This document shows positions 63,908-64,000 of a stretch of 64,000 nt of DNA, one piece after another (positions within the stretch are counted from its first letter, which is position 1; each line of letters opens with the position of its first letter). A program made the translations under genes and the position numbers. Source of the stretch: Paraspadella gotoi (Eukaryota; Animalia; Chaetognatha); NCBI GenBank assembly GCA_051294375.1, contig CM119271.1:4476876-4540875 (forward strand). Direction: 5' to 3'. Below the pieces are notes generated by a model. It was given only the letters and a program-made list of their open reading frames with translations. It searched no databases and had not been told where the DNA came from.

Positions 63908-64000
63908 CTGCGTCCAAAAGGCCCTCGTTTCCGGCGAGACGCAGTTGAACTCCGTCGATCCTCCGACGGGGATCGCGATTTTGTGAACCTCGATCCCGGA
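63908..64000 (-). CDS. IgSF gene exon: first half of V-set domain D1 (5' end beyond window)
   Basis: Minus-strand translation SGIEVHKIAIPVGGSTEFNCVSPETRAFWTQ has the B-strand Cys (GGSTEFNC) and C-strand Trp. It ends at donor CAG|gtgatc in phase 0, matching the next exon. Confidence 0.8.

Overview
Eukaryotic (animal-like) draft scaffold, rich in microsatellites and N gaps, and heavily patched with error-prone long reads. Six gaps are exactly 25 N, and most are flanked by noisy direct or inverted re-copies of neighbouring sequence, so much of the apparent duplication is probably assembly artefact. The main biological content is mostly missed by the ORF track: a multi-exon minus-strand gene spanning almost the whole window (from beyond 64000 to about 585). 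I spliced its GT-AG exons by hand into a divergent cell-surface immunoglobulin-superfamily protein with about five Ig domains (V, C2, then three atypical domains lacking the F-strand cysteine) and a hydrophobic C-terminal tail. Other items: a 2.5-kb foldback built on a TTAGGG-spaced higher-order minisatellite (about 7625-10140), a frameshifted, possibly envelope-like coding fragment (10356-11220), and several orphan minus-strand exon-like islands inside the Ig gene's introns. I see no CRISPR array, rRNA, tRNA or prokaryotic operon.
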